Shown here: positions 36,504-49,532 of the stretch, piece by piece
Numbering within the stretch: position 1 is the stretch's first letter
Layout: the number at the start of each line of letters is the position of its first letter
DNA from: Carcharhinus longimanus
Lineage: Eukaryota
DNA length: 64,000 bases
Direction: 5' to 3'
Assembly (NCBI GenBank): GCA_030264375.1
Contig: JASCQW010000043.1
Span: 68,828,444 to 68,892,443 of the forward strand
Made by a program: the position numbers and the translations under genes
Notes under the pieces: generated by a model
What the model was told of the DNA's origin: nothing
Seen by the model: the letters and a program-made list of their open reading frames with translations, nothing else
The model's database searches: none

Positions 36504-37859
36504 TGACTCAGAGTGATTGAGATGAAGTTTGAATTGGGGAGACTTGAATAGAAGGGTGAGCTCTCGAACTTGTGTTGAGAATCTTGGAGAAGAACCCTTT
36601 GATTTTAAGATTAATTTTCCTTTTGTCGGTTTTAGCATCTGTAAACATTCCATTGTCCATGTGAATGGAAACATGTGTGGATAGCTCTCGATACTGTTAA
36701 ATGGCAGAGTATCCATTACGGGGTTTCTGTTTTTCAACCTTAGTATTATCAAAGATATAAAAATTTAATAGTTGTGAGAAGCAGGTCTCCATTCATTCCT
36801 TTGTTGGATATAAAAGAATACTTTACTTTAATAATACCAGAGCCAGTACAACATATGGACCCTCTTATCCTGCAGATACAGGTTGAAAAGACAAAGGAAC
36901 TGGTTGTAAACTCCTCAGTTATCAGATGAGAAACAAAAGGCAGCCAAGAAGACTTGTGTGACTCACAAATAAAAATTTAATCAAACAATCAAATTTGGAT
37001 GCCTAGTGCAGGTCACGTAAGTTCAATCTACACAGTGTGTTATTGAAGTGGTGCAGGCTCATAGTTATCAATTATCGGCTCGGAAAAGATTCACTGTGAA
37101 GCACCGACTGATGTTGATCAGATTTAAACCAAAGGATGTACTTTTCTCTGCAGTACCCTTGCCTATCCCCTTGACTTTTTAATTCCAATTTTACCCAGAT
37201 GAGTTGTTAGCATGTAGCCCTGCAGAGATATCTTTCGACAGATTAAGTAAATACTTTGTGTAAATTGAGTTCAGTCTAAGGGCTAATATGACCATATTGA
37301 CACTGCCAATGTTTATTCATTTGCTTTATTGTAGCTGGGAAAAGCTGTACATCTTTGTTTTTATAATGTCTTAAGCAAGAAGTGTGATGACTGTTAACCT
37401 CCAATAAGAATATTCAGGACTTGATTTGATGGCTGCAGTGTGAACATACTTTATTGCTGTTTTGCTGTGCTGCACGTTGTGTATGCTCCAACACCTCACC
37501 TTTTAGACAAATATGGGAGCCTCCAATGGAGCAATACACAACATCCCTCTCCTTCTTGGCAAATGAGAGGCTTCTCTTCTCTTTTTGCATCAATAAAATA
37601 TTCAAACTTGCTGAATGAGTTATTTGTTTCATAACGTTTTTCAATTGTTTGTGTTAAAAAATGTAAACAAAATTAAATCTAACCTGATTTAATTTTGTTT
37701 GTCCAACTTCACCAGTAATACTTGATCTTATTGTAAAAATAACCTTTTCCACCTCTTCCTTTTTATAAAGTCAGAGTTATGGCAATTTTTCACTAATACA
37801 TATGTAAACTTTTGTACTAATCTATTAAGCATATTTTGCATTTAGTCATGTAGAGCGAG

Positions 37860-38540
37860 AGGCAAGATTTGTTCACCAACTGAAAGTTATTTTGCAGCGT
37901 AATTGTTTTTAAATATGGTGGACATTTCCTCTCACAAATAGGATGTCAGCATGTGATGTCAGGTGTTGACTCATTTATTTTATGTTCTTGATCTGACTAT
38001 TGTTGTTTTGAATTGAACTCCATGCTTGTGGATGGTGTTGTCTGTGCTTTGAAGAATGACACGTTTCGTGCAATGATTTGCAAACTACATTTAGCAGTGA
38101 TTGCTGATCCCTTTGTGTTTACCACAACAAATGGTTGGATGTCATTGGGCATTGTTTGTATTCCAACATGACTATCATGCTTCACAAGCACTTTATCCCC
38201 TGTTTTTATTGTTGTCGCTTTGAATTTCATGTTTCACTCTGCATGTCTCGCTCGTGCAAATGTTCAGCATTAACTTCACAAGATAACTCAGGAAGATGTG
38301 TGCGTGTAGAATGTGTGAAGATGAGCATAGCTGGGTGGTAAAATCAGGAGTCACTCTGTAATTGTGAGATAAGTGCTATAACTTTTGCTCCCATAAACAT
38401 AATTGTTTAAGTATGGTGGATGTTTCCTCTCAGAAGTAAGATAACAGCATGTGATATCGGCTGTTGACTCATTTGTTTCATGTTCTTCATCTGAGATGCT
38501 GATGCCTGAATCGAACTCCATACTTGTGCATTATGAGCTC
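37860..38540 (-). mobile_element. Gypsy integrase C-terminal (GPY/F) remnant with an internal ~120-bp direct duplication
   Basis: IKTGDKVLVK...PFVVVNTKGSAITAK...RNVSFFK; 37900-38025 is similar to 38401-38530. Confidence 0.75.
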
Positions 38541-38994
38541 TAAGCTTTAGCCGTATATATCACTTTATTTCAAGTTACGCTCAAATCTCTTGCCTTCTTC
38601 ATTAGCTCTTTTCCAATGCAGTGTGAGTGAAGCACAGGTATTTGGTGACTTTACTAGACATATTTCTGTTGTCACTTTTCACCATTTGTATAGCACCAAA
38701 CAAAATGAAGAGTTTTAGGCAACTGCTTCTGTTAATGTAGTCTATAGGTGGTATTTTCCAGCCCTTTCCACTGCAGGGATCTTCCAGTACTTCCAAAGTA
38801 GACCTCCCATGGCAAGTTCCCTTCTTAGCTGGAAAGGCAGCCAGCAAACTTGAATACTACTAGCTACTTCCTTCCAACTTGAATACATTTCTGTTATTCC
38901 TATTCTTTTTTCTACTGCTTAATGAATCTCCTAGAAGGTAAATAATCTTCCTTCAATTCGACTTTCAGTTTTAGCTATCCAGTCTCATATGTTG

Positions 38995-39150
38995 AGGTCT
39001 TGTGGCCCAGTGGGTGGTATCCCTGCCTCTGAGTCAGAAACTCTGACACATTGATTCCCACTTCAGGACATGATGGCCAGGGAAAATTGCGCTCACAACA
39101 TATTCAATCAGATTGAGTATCAGCCTACAAGTCCTTCCAAAACACACCAA
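38995..39150 (+). mobile_element. tRNA-derived SINE head of a further family
   Basis: TGGCCCAGTGG A box followed by CCTGCCTCTGAGTCAGAA. Confidence 0.55.
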
Positions 39151-39158
39151 TGGTGGTT

Positions 39159-39475
39159 AGCATGGTGGCACTATGGTTAGCACTGCTGCCTCACAACACC
39201 AGAGATGTGGGTTCGATTCTGGCCTTGGGTCACCACATGTGTAGAGTTTGCACGCTTTCACAGTATCTGCATGGGTTTCCTCTGGATGATACAGTTTCAC
39301 TGCACAATCCAAAGGTGCTCAGGTTAGATGGATTAAATTGCCCCTTAGTGTCCCAAGATATTGATTAAGTAGATTAGCCGTTGCCTATGGAGTGGAAGAA
39401 AGAGCTTGAATAAGATGTTCTTTTGGGGAGTCGGTATAGACTTGATGGGCCGAATGGCCTCTTTCTGTACTTCTG
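39159..39475 (+). mobile_element. HE1/V-SINE-type SINE
   Basis: A box, GGGTTCGATTC B box, V-domain, GATGGGCCGAATGGCCTC tail. Confidence 0.88.
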
Positions 39476-39625
39476 TTATTTCTCTAAGAATTCTTTAGTT
39501 CTTTAGACAAATTCTTGTCTTTTCCTAATCAGCTCAAATTTCACCAGTAGCACAATAACTCTGTCCATAATTTTAGATTCCAATGACCCCTCCACAACAG
39601 AAATTAGGCCAACATATCAGACACA

Positions 39626-39752
39626 GGCTAGAATTTTACCATCCAGCTGTCCATGGGAATCGGAGTGGGTGAGGGGTGGAGCATGGAAAGGCCTGTTGAC
39701 CTTGGGCAGGAATTTATGGTTTTGGGATGAGGGAAGCCATAAAACTCTACCC
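39626..39752 (-). mobile_element. 127-bp Harbinger-type MITE (second copy)
   Basis: Reverse complement aligns with 19826-19952; TIRs GGCTAGAATTTTA / TAAAACTCTACCC. Confidence 0.7.
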
Positions 39753-39794
39753 ATAGACACCACACTACTGGTATGCAGTGAAAACAAAACTTTG

Positions 39795-40900
39795 AGGGCG
39801 ATTCTGCACCCGTTGTTTGCCATGAGCAGAAACGTGATTTGGGTGCAAAGTCTTGTGCGAATTGGAAAATGAGATTTTTCCTGATGAGATTTAATTTTCT
39901 GCTAATCCCCACCAGTGATGTAGCAAGGTTCCTGCCCAAAAAGGGTGGGAACCTCATATAAATGCATTTAAATAAATTTAAATGGCTTCCCCTCTATATG
40001 CTCCCCCAGGTAAGGAATTCCCCATCGGCGAGGTTTACAAGAGCTATTGAAAACTGGGGAGCTGTCAAGAGGAACCCATTGCAGGTAGAAAGATAAGTAT
40101 AGCCCTCAGGGCTGAGGGTCATGTCTGAGAATTGTCTTAGCACTGGCTCTTGACATCCTGACAGTGCAAACCTGGTTGTACAATCCCAGCACTCCCAGGG
40201 GATTATACCAGGGGCAGTCCCTCTGAGGAGTGCCATTGGTGAGTTTCCCTTTAAGAGTGAGGTGGAGGTGCTTATGTGAGGGGGTCACTCATGTCCAGTG
40301 TGGGGGGGGGTAGTTTCCTTTTAACACAGGTTGGGTTGCTCTTTAAAAAATCTCCGTGGAGCCAGTATTGCTGGATCTATCAAGCCCCACTCCACCAGCT
40401 TGACAGCAGAAAACACAGCCCCAGATTCCCTTTGCACAGAGTGCCAGAGAATCTGGAGAGAAACCTTAGCTGTGTGGCTGGAGAGCTACCTGCTGGTTTA
40501 CTCATCTGAGCTAGCACTCTGTGCATGGAATGTAAGATTCTGCCCCCTGCTTCAGCTCAGTGTGTGATCAGTACACAAGACATAGGCCTAGATTTATTGG
40601 ATGGCAGCTTCTCATTTCCCGCCACCTGAAAAACTGTTGACTCCATGTATCCCGCAGCTGTTATGTACTCAAAAGAGCATGAAGTGCCTGCAGGCGGACT
40701 TCCACCCCTCATTCAGTAGGAATTCCCACCTCAGCTACCTGCCAATCACCCACTCCCCCAAATCCAAACTCCTCCCAAACCTGCCATGCCTGACCTGCCA
40801 CCCCCACCAACACCCTGGCATCTGACCACGCCAGCCACACATGTCCAAGCTCCTCCCCTCCATACGCACCTTCCTACCCTGCCCACCACCCACCCCCCTC
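39795..40900. mobile_element. Cluster of non-autonomous Harbinger-type elements
   Basis: GGGCGATTCT... start and ...AGATTCTGCCC end (39796-40545); GC-rich interior. Confidence 0.5.
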
Positions 40901-41444
40901 CCAATGTCTGATATATTGGCCCAGATGTAATTTGGCACAGGTAAGTGGGTATGGTGTGACAATCCAATGCTGATTGCTGGATCAATTGAGTTGACAACCT
41001 ATGGTAGATGGATTTCCATGAGGGTAAATAAGAAATCATCCAATTTGGACCAAGGAAGGATAGATCTGAAAATTATTTATGTAGTGAAAAATTAGAAACA
41101 AAGGAGGTCCAAAGAAATTCTCCTCAGACAAGCAGAATAATACTGCTGGCTTGCAGGAGCGGATGTCTCTCCAGGTGCTTTTTAAATTTGGTGTTCGGAC
41201 TTTTGGCCCAGGGAGGCACAAGTGAGGTTGGGGAGATCCTGCTATCCCCTACCCTTGCCATACAATGGCTGGGCAACTCGACTGTACATAATTAATTGAC
41301 TGACCATTGTGTGACAGCATGTGGCCAACTGTCCCACCTCCAAACAGAAGTTCTGTTTACGTCCAATCCTGCCACTGGAATGCTTGCAACTGTCACTAGA
41401 TTCTGCCCAGTTATTCATGTCTGTGTTCTCATAGTATGATTTGA

Positions 41445-41672
41445 AGATCAGGAATGTTTTTCCAGTATCCAGACCAATGTTTGTTAGTCAGACAACATTG
41501 CTACAACAGATTACCAGGTCATTACGGCATGTTGTTTGTGGGATCTTGCTGTTCTCAAAATGGCTGCCATGTCTCCTTTTTTATAACAATGACTACACTT
41601 GAGAAATAGTCCATTGGCTGTAAAGTTCTTTGAGATGTCTTGAGGCCCTGAAAACTGCTATATAATTGCAAA
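41445..41672 (+). mobile_element. Deu-domain SINE 3' half
   Basis: CAGATTA..GGTCATTA..GTTTGTGGGATCTTGCTGT..AAAATGGCTGCC..GACTACACTT..ATTGGCTGTAAAG..GCTATATAATTGCAA. Confidence 0.75.
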
Positions 41673-41679
41673 GAATACC

Positions 41680-41880
41680 AGAATGGTGGAACTCTCTCCC
41701 ACAGAAAGCTGTAACTCAATGAATAATTTTGAAACTGAAGCCAATTGATTTTTGCTAGACTTGGGCATCAAAGGATATAGAGCCAAGATAGACAGGTGGA
41801 GGTAAGATATCGATCATCCATGGTCTTATTGAATTTCAGAACAGACTTAAGGAACTGAATAGTGTATCTTATACTTACGT
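41680..41880 (+). mobile_element. Old CR1 3' end
   Basis: TGGAACTCTCTCCCACAGAAAGCTGT...AAGGATATAG...CTTATTGAAT. Confidence 0.65.
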
Positions 41881-41881
41881 G

Positions 41882-42230
41882 TTTTTAAATTCATTTACGG
41901 GTACTGCTGGTTAAACAGTATTTCTTGCCCAGTCCTAGTTGCCCTTCAGAAGGTAGTGACGAGCTGCCTTCTTGAACCACTGCAATCCCGGAGGTGTAGG
42001 TACACTCACAGTGCTGTTAGAAAGGGAGTTCCAGGATTTTAAACCAGTGACAATGAAGGAATGGCAATATATTTCCAAGTCCAGATGGTGAGTAACTTGG
42101 ATGGGAACCTCTGGTCATGGTGTTCCCAGGTATCTGCTGCCTTTGTCCTTCTAGATGGTAGTGGATGGGGTTTGGAAGGTGCTGCCTAAGGAACCTTGGT
42201 GAGTTTCTGCAGTGCATCTTGCAGATGGTT
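41882..42230 (-). mobile_element. LINE 3' end (CR1/L2 group) sharing its tail with the SINE at 43840
   Basis: Minus ORF YHLEGQRQQIPGNT...FKILELP; tail ..GGGCAACTAGGACTGGGCAAGAAATACTG.. Confidence 0.7.
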
Positions 42231-43839
42231 CCTTCCAATATTCCTGAACGCGCACAGGCATCATTTCTGAGACCCTGCTCTTGTCATGGAGCCTTATTAG
42301 TTATAAGTACTAGTCAGAAAACAGGAGCATGTTGTAATTCTAGTCTCTGTTATAATAAACACCACTGGTAACTAGAACAGAGCCTTGCAAAAGTAAACTG
42401 ATGGAAATGATCTCCCCATAGAACAAATTCACCTTTTAAAAAATGAGCGCTTGAAAATTACGCCAGCTGGAGAATTTTATATTTTTTGTTTTCAGTGGTA
42501 AGACCAAACGTATGATATCACAAGTTCCTTGCAATGTTCTGCCTGAAACCCAATTCCACTGACATCCCTGGAACTAACTATCAGTTGAGATGTCCCCTTG
42601 CTCTGAAATAGCAAGCAATTTGGGCAAATAGATTAACTGGTGAAAAGGGAGCCATTTCTTCCTGTCCATTATGCTGACCTGCTGATGGGGTTTTCCTGTG
42701 CATCTTTTGTAACTTTGGCAACAAAGCTGCAGAAACTCATTAAACCTGGAGAAATGGTGGTTCTATTTATATTTTTCAGTTTGTCTTTTTGAAATTTGCG
42801 TCATATTAGTGTACATAAGATGACAAAAATCAATAAATGATTTTCTGAAAAATTAAAAGTAAAATGTGTATTACTATGAAGATTGCAAAAAAGAAAGAAA
42901 ACCCATTGAATTAACCTATGGTGTTCCATACAGTTAATGATTACAGCACAGAATAGGTTTGGCTATAACTGAATAAGCTATTAGCGGGACCAAAGGAAAT
43001 ACTACATGGGCCAATAATAAGAAAAAATATTATCAATCATAAAGTAGAGCTCAGTTCAAGAGGCTGCAGTGCTAGTGGGTCTTTCTCATTCAAGATGTTT
43101 ATGTAAGACCCTGACTTGTCTGCCCTTTCAATCTCTGATTGGTTTCGAAGCATGCTGTGATTTCAGACAGAGCTAGCTACATTTTTAAACAGTTGTTTTT
43201 TTCATCCTTGAACATATTGACACAGAACTGAGAATGCAAGAGTAAATGATACTTCACAATATAGCTAGAGGTCATGGTGCCACAAAGTTCTGTTAACTGA
43301 AAAAATGTACAATAGTTGGTATTTATTTTCTGTTATACAGACCTCTGGGAGATGCTCAATCCCTCAGCAAGGCACAGACAATAAATAGATTATTTTGAAA
43401 GAATGGAACTCATCCATCAATTTGACCCCCTGTCTTTCAAGCTGATCGGTGCAAAAGGCAGAAGACTGTATTCTTTTCTCATAAGGCTGAAAGTTGGGGT
43501 TAAAGACACTTGATTTTTTTAAAAAAACTGGCCAGCTGCTGAAAAGGCTTATTCCTGTGTCTTTGCTCTAATATTAGTGATCTGTCTTGATCTTCTGAAA
43601 CACCATCACTTTGTTGGTAATTATGCTGCAATACATTCAGCATTTATTACAGGTTAGAGTCAGCCAAGCAGATATGAGAGTGACTGGTGTGGAATTTTTA
43701 AGTCCATCTAGATCTCAAAAGCAAAACCTCCCACTTAACTATGATCGTTTGTAATGTTTGAAGCAGTCCAACTACAAATTAAAAACATTTTATTAAAAGT
43801 TTGAATGAAGGCTTTATAATATTCATAAGAATAAAAAGA

Positions 43840-44228
43840 TGGTGGCTTTGTGGTAATGTCACTGGACTAGTCATTCAAAGGCCCAGGCTAATCTTGTGGG
43901 GAATCGCACAGGTTCAATACAGCAGCTGGTGAAATTGAAATTCAATTAATAAAATCTGGAATTGAAAACTAGTCTCAGTAATGGTGACCATGAAACTATC
44001 ATTGATCGTTATAAAGACAGATTTGGTTCACTGATGTCCTTTAGGGAAGGAAATCTGTCAGCCTTGCTTGGTCTGGCCTACATGTGAATCTCAACCCACA
44101 GCAACATGATTGACTCTTAACTGTCCTCTGGGATAGCCGAGCAAGCCACTCTGTTCTAAAGCAATTTGGGATTGACAACAAATGCTGGCTTTGCCAGTGA
44201 TGCCTACATCCTATGAAAGAATTTTTAA
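43840..44228 (+). mobile_element. Full-length tRNA-derived SINE (core GTCCTTTAGGGAAGGAAATCTG)
   Basis: A box TGGCTTTGTGG, B box GGTTCAATAC, core, tail AAATGCTGGCTTTGCCAGTGATGCCTACATCC. Confidence 0.85.
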
Positions 44229-44790
44229 AATATAGGAGCTGAGTAGGACCTTTTGCCCATCAAATCCGCTCTGCCATTCATTATGATCAAGGCTGACCTT
44301 AGGTCTCAATTCACTTTCCGACACTGTTCCTTAACCCTTAATTTCGTTATTTCATCAATCTGTCTTGAGTATGTTCAACAACTGAGCATTCACAGTCCTT
44401 TAGATTTGAGAATTTCCAAGACCAACAACTTTTATAAAGGAATTCCTGTTCTCAACCTTGATTCTGAATCCGTGAACTTAGTTCTAAAACCCCCTCCGGG
44501 GGAAACATCCTTCCAACATCTATTCTATCAAGCTCTTTAAGAATTTTAGGTGTTACAATGAAATCACCAACATTCATCAAAATTTCAGGGAATGAATTAC
44601 AGGTCGTTTCAGTCTCTCATAGGACAACATTCCATCTCACGCACCTGACCACTGAACGTTCATAGTGCTCCCTCCAAGATTCGTATATCCTTAATGTGGT
44701 AGGGAGGCCAAAATTGTACACAGAACTCTTGGTACTCACTAGGGGCCCATAAAATTGCAATAATTTTGAAAGTAACACGAGGAGCAATGA
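44229..44790 (-). mobile_element. Old CR1 3' fragment
   Basis: ATAGGAGCTGAGTAGG..GCCATTCATTATGATCAAGGCTGA and downstream CR1 3' motifs. Confidence 0.7.
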
Positions 44791-47700
44791 TAGGATATAC
44801 GCAACAAATGAATTTTGTTTTGAAGAGTTAAATGGATACAACCTGTTGCTTTTGTCATGTAACAGAAAGAATGAGGGGTTGATCCTTTCAGCCTGGATTG
44901 GGAAGAGGATGAACTCAAGAACAATGTTCCCTTTACTACCATTTCCTCCTCCTTGGCTTTGCTCTCTAGTGTTAAAGGAAAGTCAAATTAAGTAGAGTAT
45001 AAATCATGCACCTGCCCCATTCCTGCCAGGTGGGTAACCCAAAATTTGTTGCATAATCGAAAAGCGGTGTAAAAATAGGCTTCCTGATGGCTCAGTGGTT
45101 GTTGTATCATTTATCATGTTACAAAACTGTGAGGTGTGTGGCTACATTGCTGCTCTGGGCTGCCTTAGCTAACGTCAGCCAAAGTTTGTACTTTTGATTA
45201 TTGTCCAGTGTTCTCGTCTGAAAATACACAAGATGCTAAACTATGAAGACCTGATAACTGCAGCGCAATTTGTGGGGCCCCTCACTCACCTTCACTTCTG
45301 GGCCCTGTCCTCCCCAATAATCTCATGTCCCTCCCGATCCCACCCACTCTTGTCCCACAGAATGCAAAGGCAGAAGCCACAAAAATAGACAAATTGATCA
45401 CTGCTTTTTAACTTTTAAGACACATCTGTACAATAATTGCTTATCTCTTGTCAGAATGACGATAACGATGGTCAACATTGTGATGTGTGAGGTGAGCAAT
45501 CATGGAACTTGCTGATGAGCAACAAGATGGAAAAAAATCAGCTGATGACATCACTGCAGCACAGGCCAGAATGAGCCAAATACTCCACTCAACAAGGTGC
45601 TTTCAATATATTTCACAGAGTCTCACACGATTTCAAAAATAAAAGTTAACTTCTTTAATTACTCTCAAAAAGTAAAATAAGTTATTGCCATACATTCATA
45701 TGAGTGGAGTGTCCAGTCAGTTCAAGTCCAATATCAACAGCTTCGTCCTAGAGATTTTCTGGAGGCCAGTCTGGAGGCCAGTCTCGAGAGTGATAATGGT
45801 TAAAACTCCCAGCATGTGACCAATGCAGCCATTATATACACCAGAAATGGTCTATTCTGAAATGCAGAATTTAAACAAAAGAATATGGAAGAGGACAGAT
45901 TTTTTAGGTTTTCTTTAAGATCTCCAGACACTAAGAGGCATGAAATTGTAGCCTGACAAAACAGAGAAATCACTTTCATCAGTGGTTTTCAGCTGTTGTA
46001 CTCTGCTCTTCATGGCTTGATTCACAAACCTCAGCAGCTTAATCCCTCATTGTGTGGCTAGCCACCACACCTCTCCCTCGCTTTTTGTCATGGTATCACA
46101 CATGCCTCAACAAGTTGACCTTTCATTACCAATTTTTCCGTTCTTTCAGACTCACCAATCTGAGTCTGATTTCACTCTGCATTTTCTGCTGTAAGGCACA
46201 TTTGTTTGAGACTAGTGTACTGGCCCCATGCAGGGCACCACTGTTTCTTGGGGTCCTTTACCTAGGCACGGTGTGTTTCATTGTAAATCTGCCTCTGTCG
46301 CAGCGCACTAGCATACTGTCCAGATTCAAACATGAAGTGCAGAGGGGACCAACATGATTCATTACCTTCAAGTGCAGGTGGATAAGAGAAACTATTATAA
46401 GAGAAAAAAATGTAGTTAAGAAATCAAACTTGTGAACATGAAATTATTACTGAATGATTGGTCAAAAATAAAAGCACCAGACTGATATATGAAGCAGAAA
46501 GACATCTCTACAATAAATAATTGTGAATAAAGTTTAACAATGGAAGCTTGAGGGTAATAATGATCAAAAGTAGTGGAAATGTATACCATTTATATGATTC
46601 AACATATATATGAATCTGATACAATGGAAGCTTTCTGAATTATTCCAGCTGTTAGTAAAGTTATTACTGCCGTCTTTCCAAAAATATGTTAATGTCTATC
46701 CATCCTGTTTAATGATTCCAAAATAGAGAGACTGGAGAATATTACTTATTATCCTTTCATTCTTTTCATTCTAATCATCATTTCTTTTTGTGAAGCATTA
46801 GCCTGAAATCAGCTCTTTAATTTTCAGGTATGCAGCAATTGATTTAGAAAGTATCTCTGCGGCACTAGGGATCCTGGGGGAATCCATTTCATTCAATCAC
46901 TACCTGAGAGATTTAGTAATGGCTTTATTACTTTCCAAGGAAAGACACAGAGCTCAATCTGACTCTGCAATTAATTCAATACCTGTTCCTGAAGTCGTGG
47001 GACAAGGAATTTTGTAGCCGATATCCCAACCGTCTGGGAATAAATATTAAAGCAGTATATTGAAACGCATTAGCTTTCTACTTCAGCATATCACTGGCCA
47101 CGTACCAATGAGGTCCAGGATATAGGGGAAAATAACAGTAAAATATGAATTCAAACTCCAGGGGTTTTAGTTCGACCTGAGCTTAGAACTTTCCATTTGC
47201 TTGCACAGTATTTTGATTTAACTTATCCTCAAATTCCTGAGGAAATTGCTGCTTACAATGTGATTTCATCATTGGATGCTGAAATGGAGAATTTTTGTAC
47301 TCATTTATCAGCTTGTGGGAGAAGCACTCCAATTGACAGAAAATATTTCAATTTTCATCTCAGCCAAGGCCAACCTTTTCAATATTTTCTTTTGAGCCTT
47401 ACTGTTGGTGAGACCATCCTTGCTATGAGTGCTACCCATGTNNNNNNNNNNNNNNNNNNNNNNNNNNNNNNNNNNNNNNNNNNNNNNNNNNNNNNNNNNN
47501 NNNNNNNNNNNNNNNNNNNNNNNNNNNNNNNNNNNNNNNNNCTTATTCAGTTTCCCATAAAAGCTAGGGAAGCATAGAGAGTTTGTATGCCTGGGGAGAA
47601 ATCTAGTGTTGATGACAGTAAATTTGACATGGGTAGCACTCATAGCAAGGATGGTCTCACCAACAGTAAGGCTCAAAAGAAAATATTGAAAAGGTTGGCC

Positions 47701-48597
47701 TTGTCTGATTCTCTTAATTTTTTTACTTGTAGATTACTTTGCCTGGTGAGAAAGGAAATGACTCTTCTGAACTCCGTATATGAAAACTGTAATACATGGC
47801 ACACAGTGATAGAGGGTGCATGGTCAATTCATTCCTTAGAATAGATGTAGGCAGCACTTGGTATGAATTTAAGATGATTTTCTTCATTGAATAAAACTTA
47901 AAATTATTACAACAGAAGTGAAGAGAGAGAGAAAGAGATTGGGGATTGGCTTCACAGCCAGGCCCTGTATGTGAGAATTCACGGAACTTGAAAACAAGAT
48001 GGAAATGTACAATATATGTTATTGGTTATCCGTGTTATTTAAATTGTTAATACAAACTGTGTTCCTAACTTTCATAAACAACTGGCAGCGGTGTGCCTGT
48101 GAAAAATATTTTAATGAAAAAGTAATTTCTGCTAACATTATATTTTCAAAGAATGCAATCAATTTCTAAGCTCATTCCGGCATTCCCAGCTGAGTTTTAA
48201 AATGTGACCAAGTTAGCTTTAAAGCTTAGCATAATTAGTTACCTAGGTAGAAATATCTTAAAATGAAGTCTTGTAATTGAAGCAAACCATACAAAGGATC
48301 CCACAGAGTGCCAACATATCTTGCTACAGTCTATTTTAGAACATATGCATACTTCTTGCCCTACTTTTTTGGGTCCTGAAGTTACACTTGATTTAAGCTG
48401 AATAATTGTGCTACTATTAAAAGTTAAAACAAAATGGACAGCATAAGTGGCAACTTCCCTGGGCTATCTACTCGATCGACACATTTATGCCTGTTTTGGA
48501 GGCTGCCATATCTTGCCTTACTTATTCAGTTTCCCATAAAAGCTAGGGAAGCATAGAGAGTTTGTATGCCTGGGGAGAAATCTAGTGTTGATGACAG

Positions 48598-49180
48598 GAG
48601 TCTCAGTTGTTGGCTGGAGAGCTAGCGAGACCGCCATGTCACTGCTTAACAGAAAGGCCTGCTGGTAACATATTCCAATCAGGCAGTTGACAAGTCTTTT
48701 CACGGGATCACAACCCCAGTGTTGGAAGTCCACCTTCTGAGATTTGCCTGTCAATTGGAGGCCGTTTTGAATGACAGCACCACTGGGAAGGAAGTGGCAG
48801 CTATTGGAATCATAATCACCTGAGATCCAGGACATAGGATAGAGCTGAGTGAAAGGAGGCAGGGGTTTGTGAGATGGGGCTGTGGGGGAGGGGCGAAGGG
48901 AGTCCAGCAACAAGGGCATGGGATGACTCTCAATGCTGGGCCCCATGATTGGTGTCTTTGAACAAGAGTCCCCTCCGGGAACCGGCAGGAGATAGAAAAT
49001 TAATTGCCCGCTGAAGGAGCTAAATTGGCAGTGGGGCAGGAAGGCTCATCCATAGGCCTTCCCAATACTAATCTAAGTGAGGTGGAGGCAGGAAGGTGGC
49101 AGATACCCATCTGCTATCCTTTCATCTCATTAAATGTTCCCCAAACTCACCATAGGTGAAGGAACATGATTCCACCTCTT
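48598..49180. mobile_element. Degenerate non-autonomous DNA-transposon fragment
   Basis: GC-rich; TTAATTGCCC..GAGCTAAATTGGC motif also seen at 550-600 and 58250-58290. Confidence 0.4.
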
Positions 49181-49258
49181 ATCTCGCTCTTATACAGCAG
49201 TGATCTTGTAAGGAACAAGGAAAGTCCCAGTCCCATGTAAGGTGACATGACAAATTTG

Positions 49259-49532
49259 GTTAAACACAAAATATTGGAATCTGAAACAAAAACAGAAAAA
49301 TGCTGGAAAATCTCAGCAGGTGTGACAGCATCTGTGGAGAGGGAATAGAGTCAATGTTTCTAGTCTAGATGACTCTTTGTCANNNNNNNNNNNNNNNNNN
49401 NNNNNNNNNNNNNNNNNNTCACTGATGGCGAGTGCACTGATGAAGTATCATCCAGGCTTGGAATGTTGGCTCTATTCTTTCTCCACAGATGCTGTTAGAC
49501 CTGCTGAGGTTTTCCAGCATTTTTCTGTTTTT
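49259..49532. mobile_element. Penelope-type inverted-terminus insertion with two decayed hammerhead motifs and a 12-bp TSD
   Basis: Arms 49287-49382 and 49437-49532 are reverse complements; ATGACAAATTTG duplicated at 49247-49258 and 49533-49544; CTGATGA at 49437. Confidence 0.85.

Noticed and set aside
42480-42505. 2-nt microexon (TTTTCAG TG GTAAGA)
   Set aside because: Short motif that is easily produced by chance; no supporting context.
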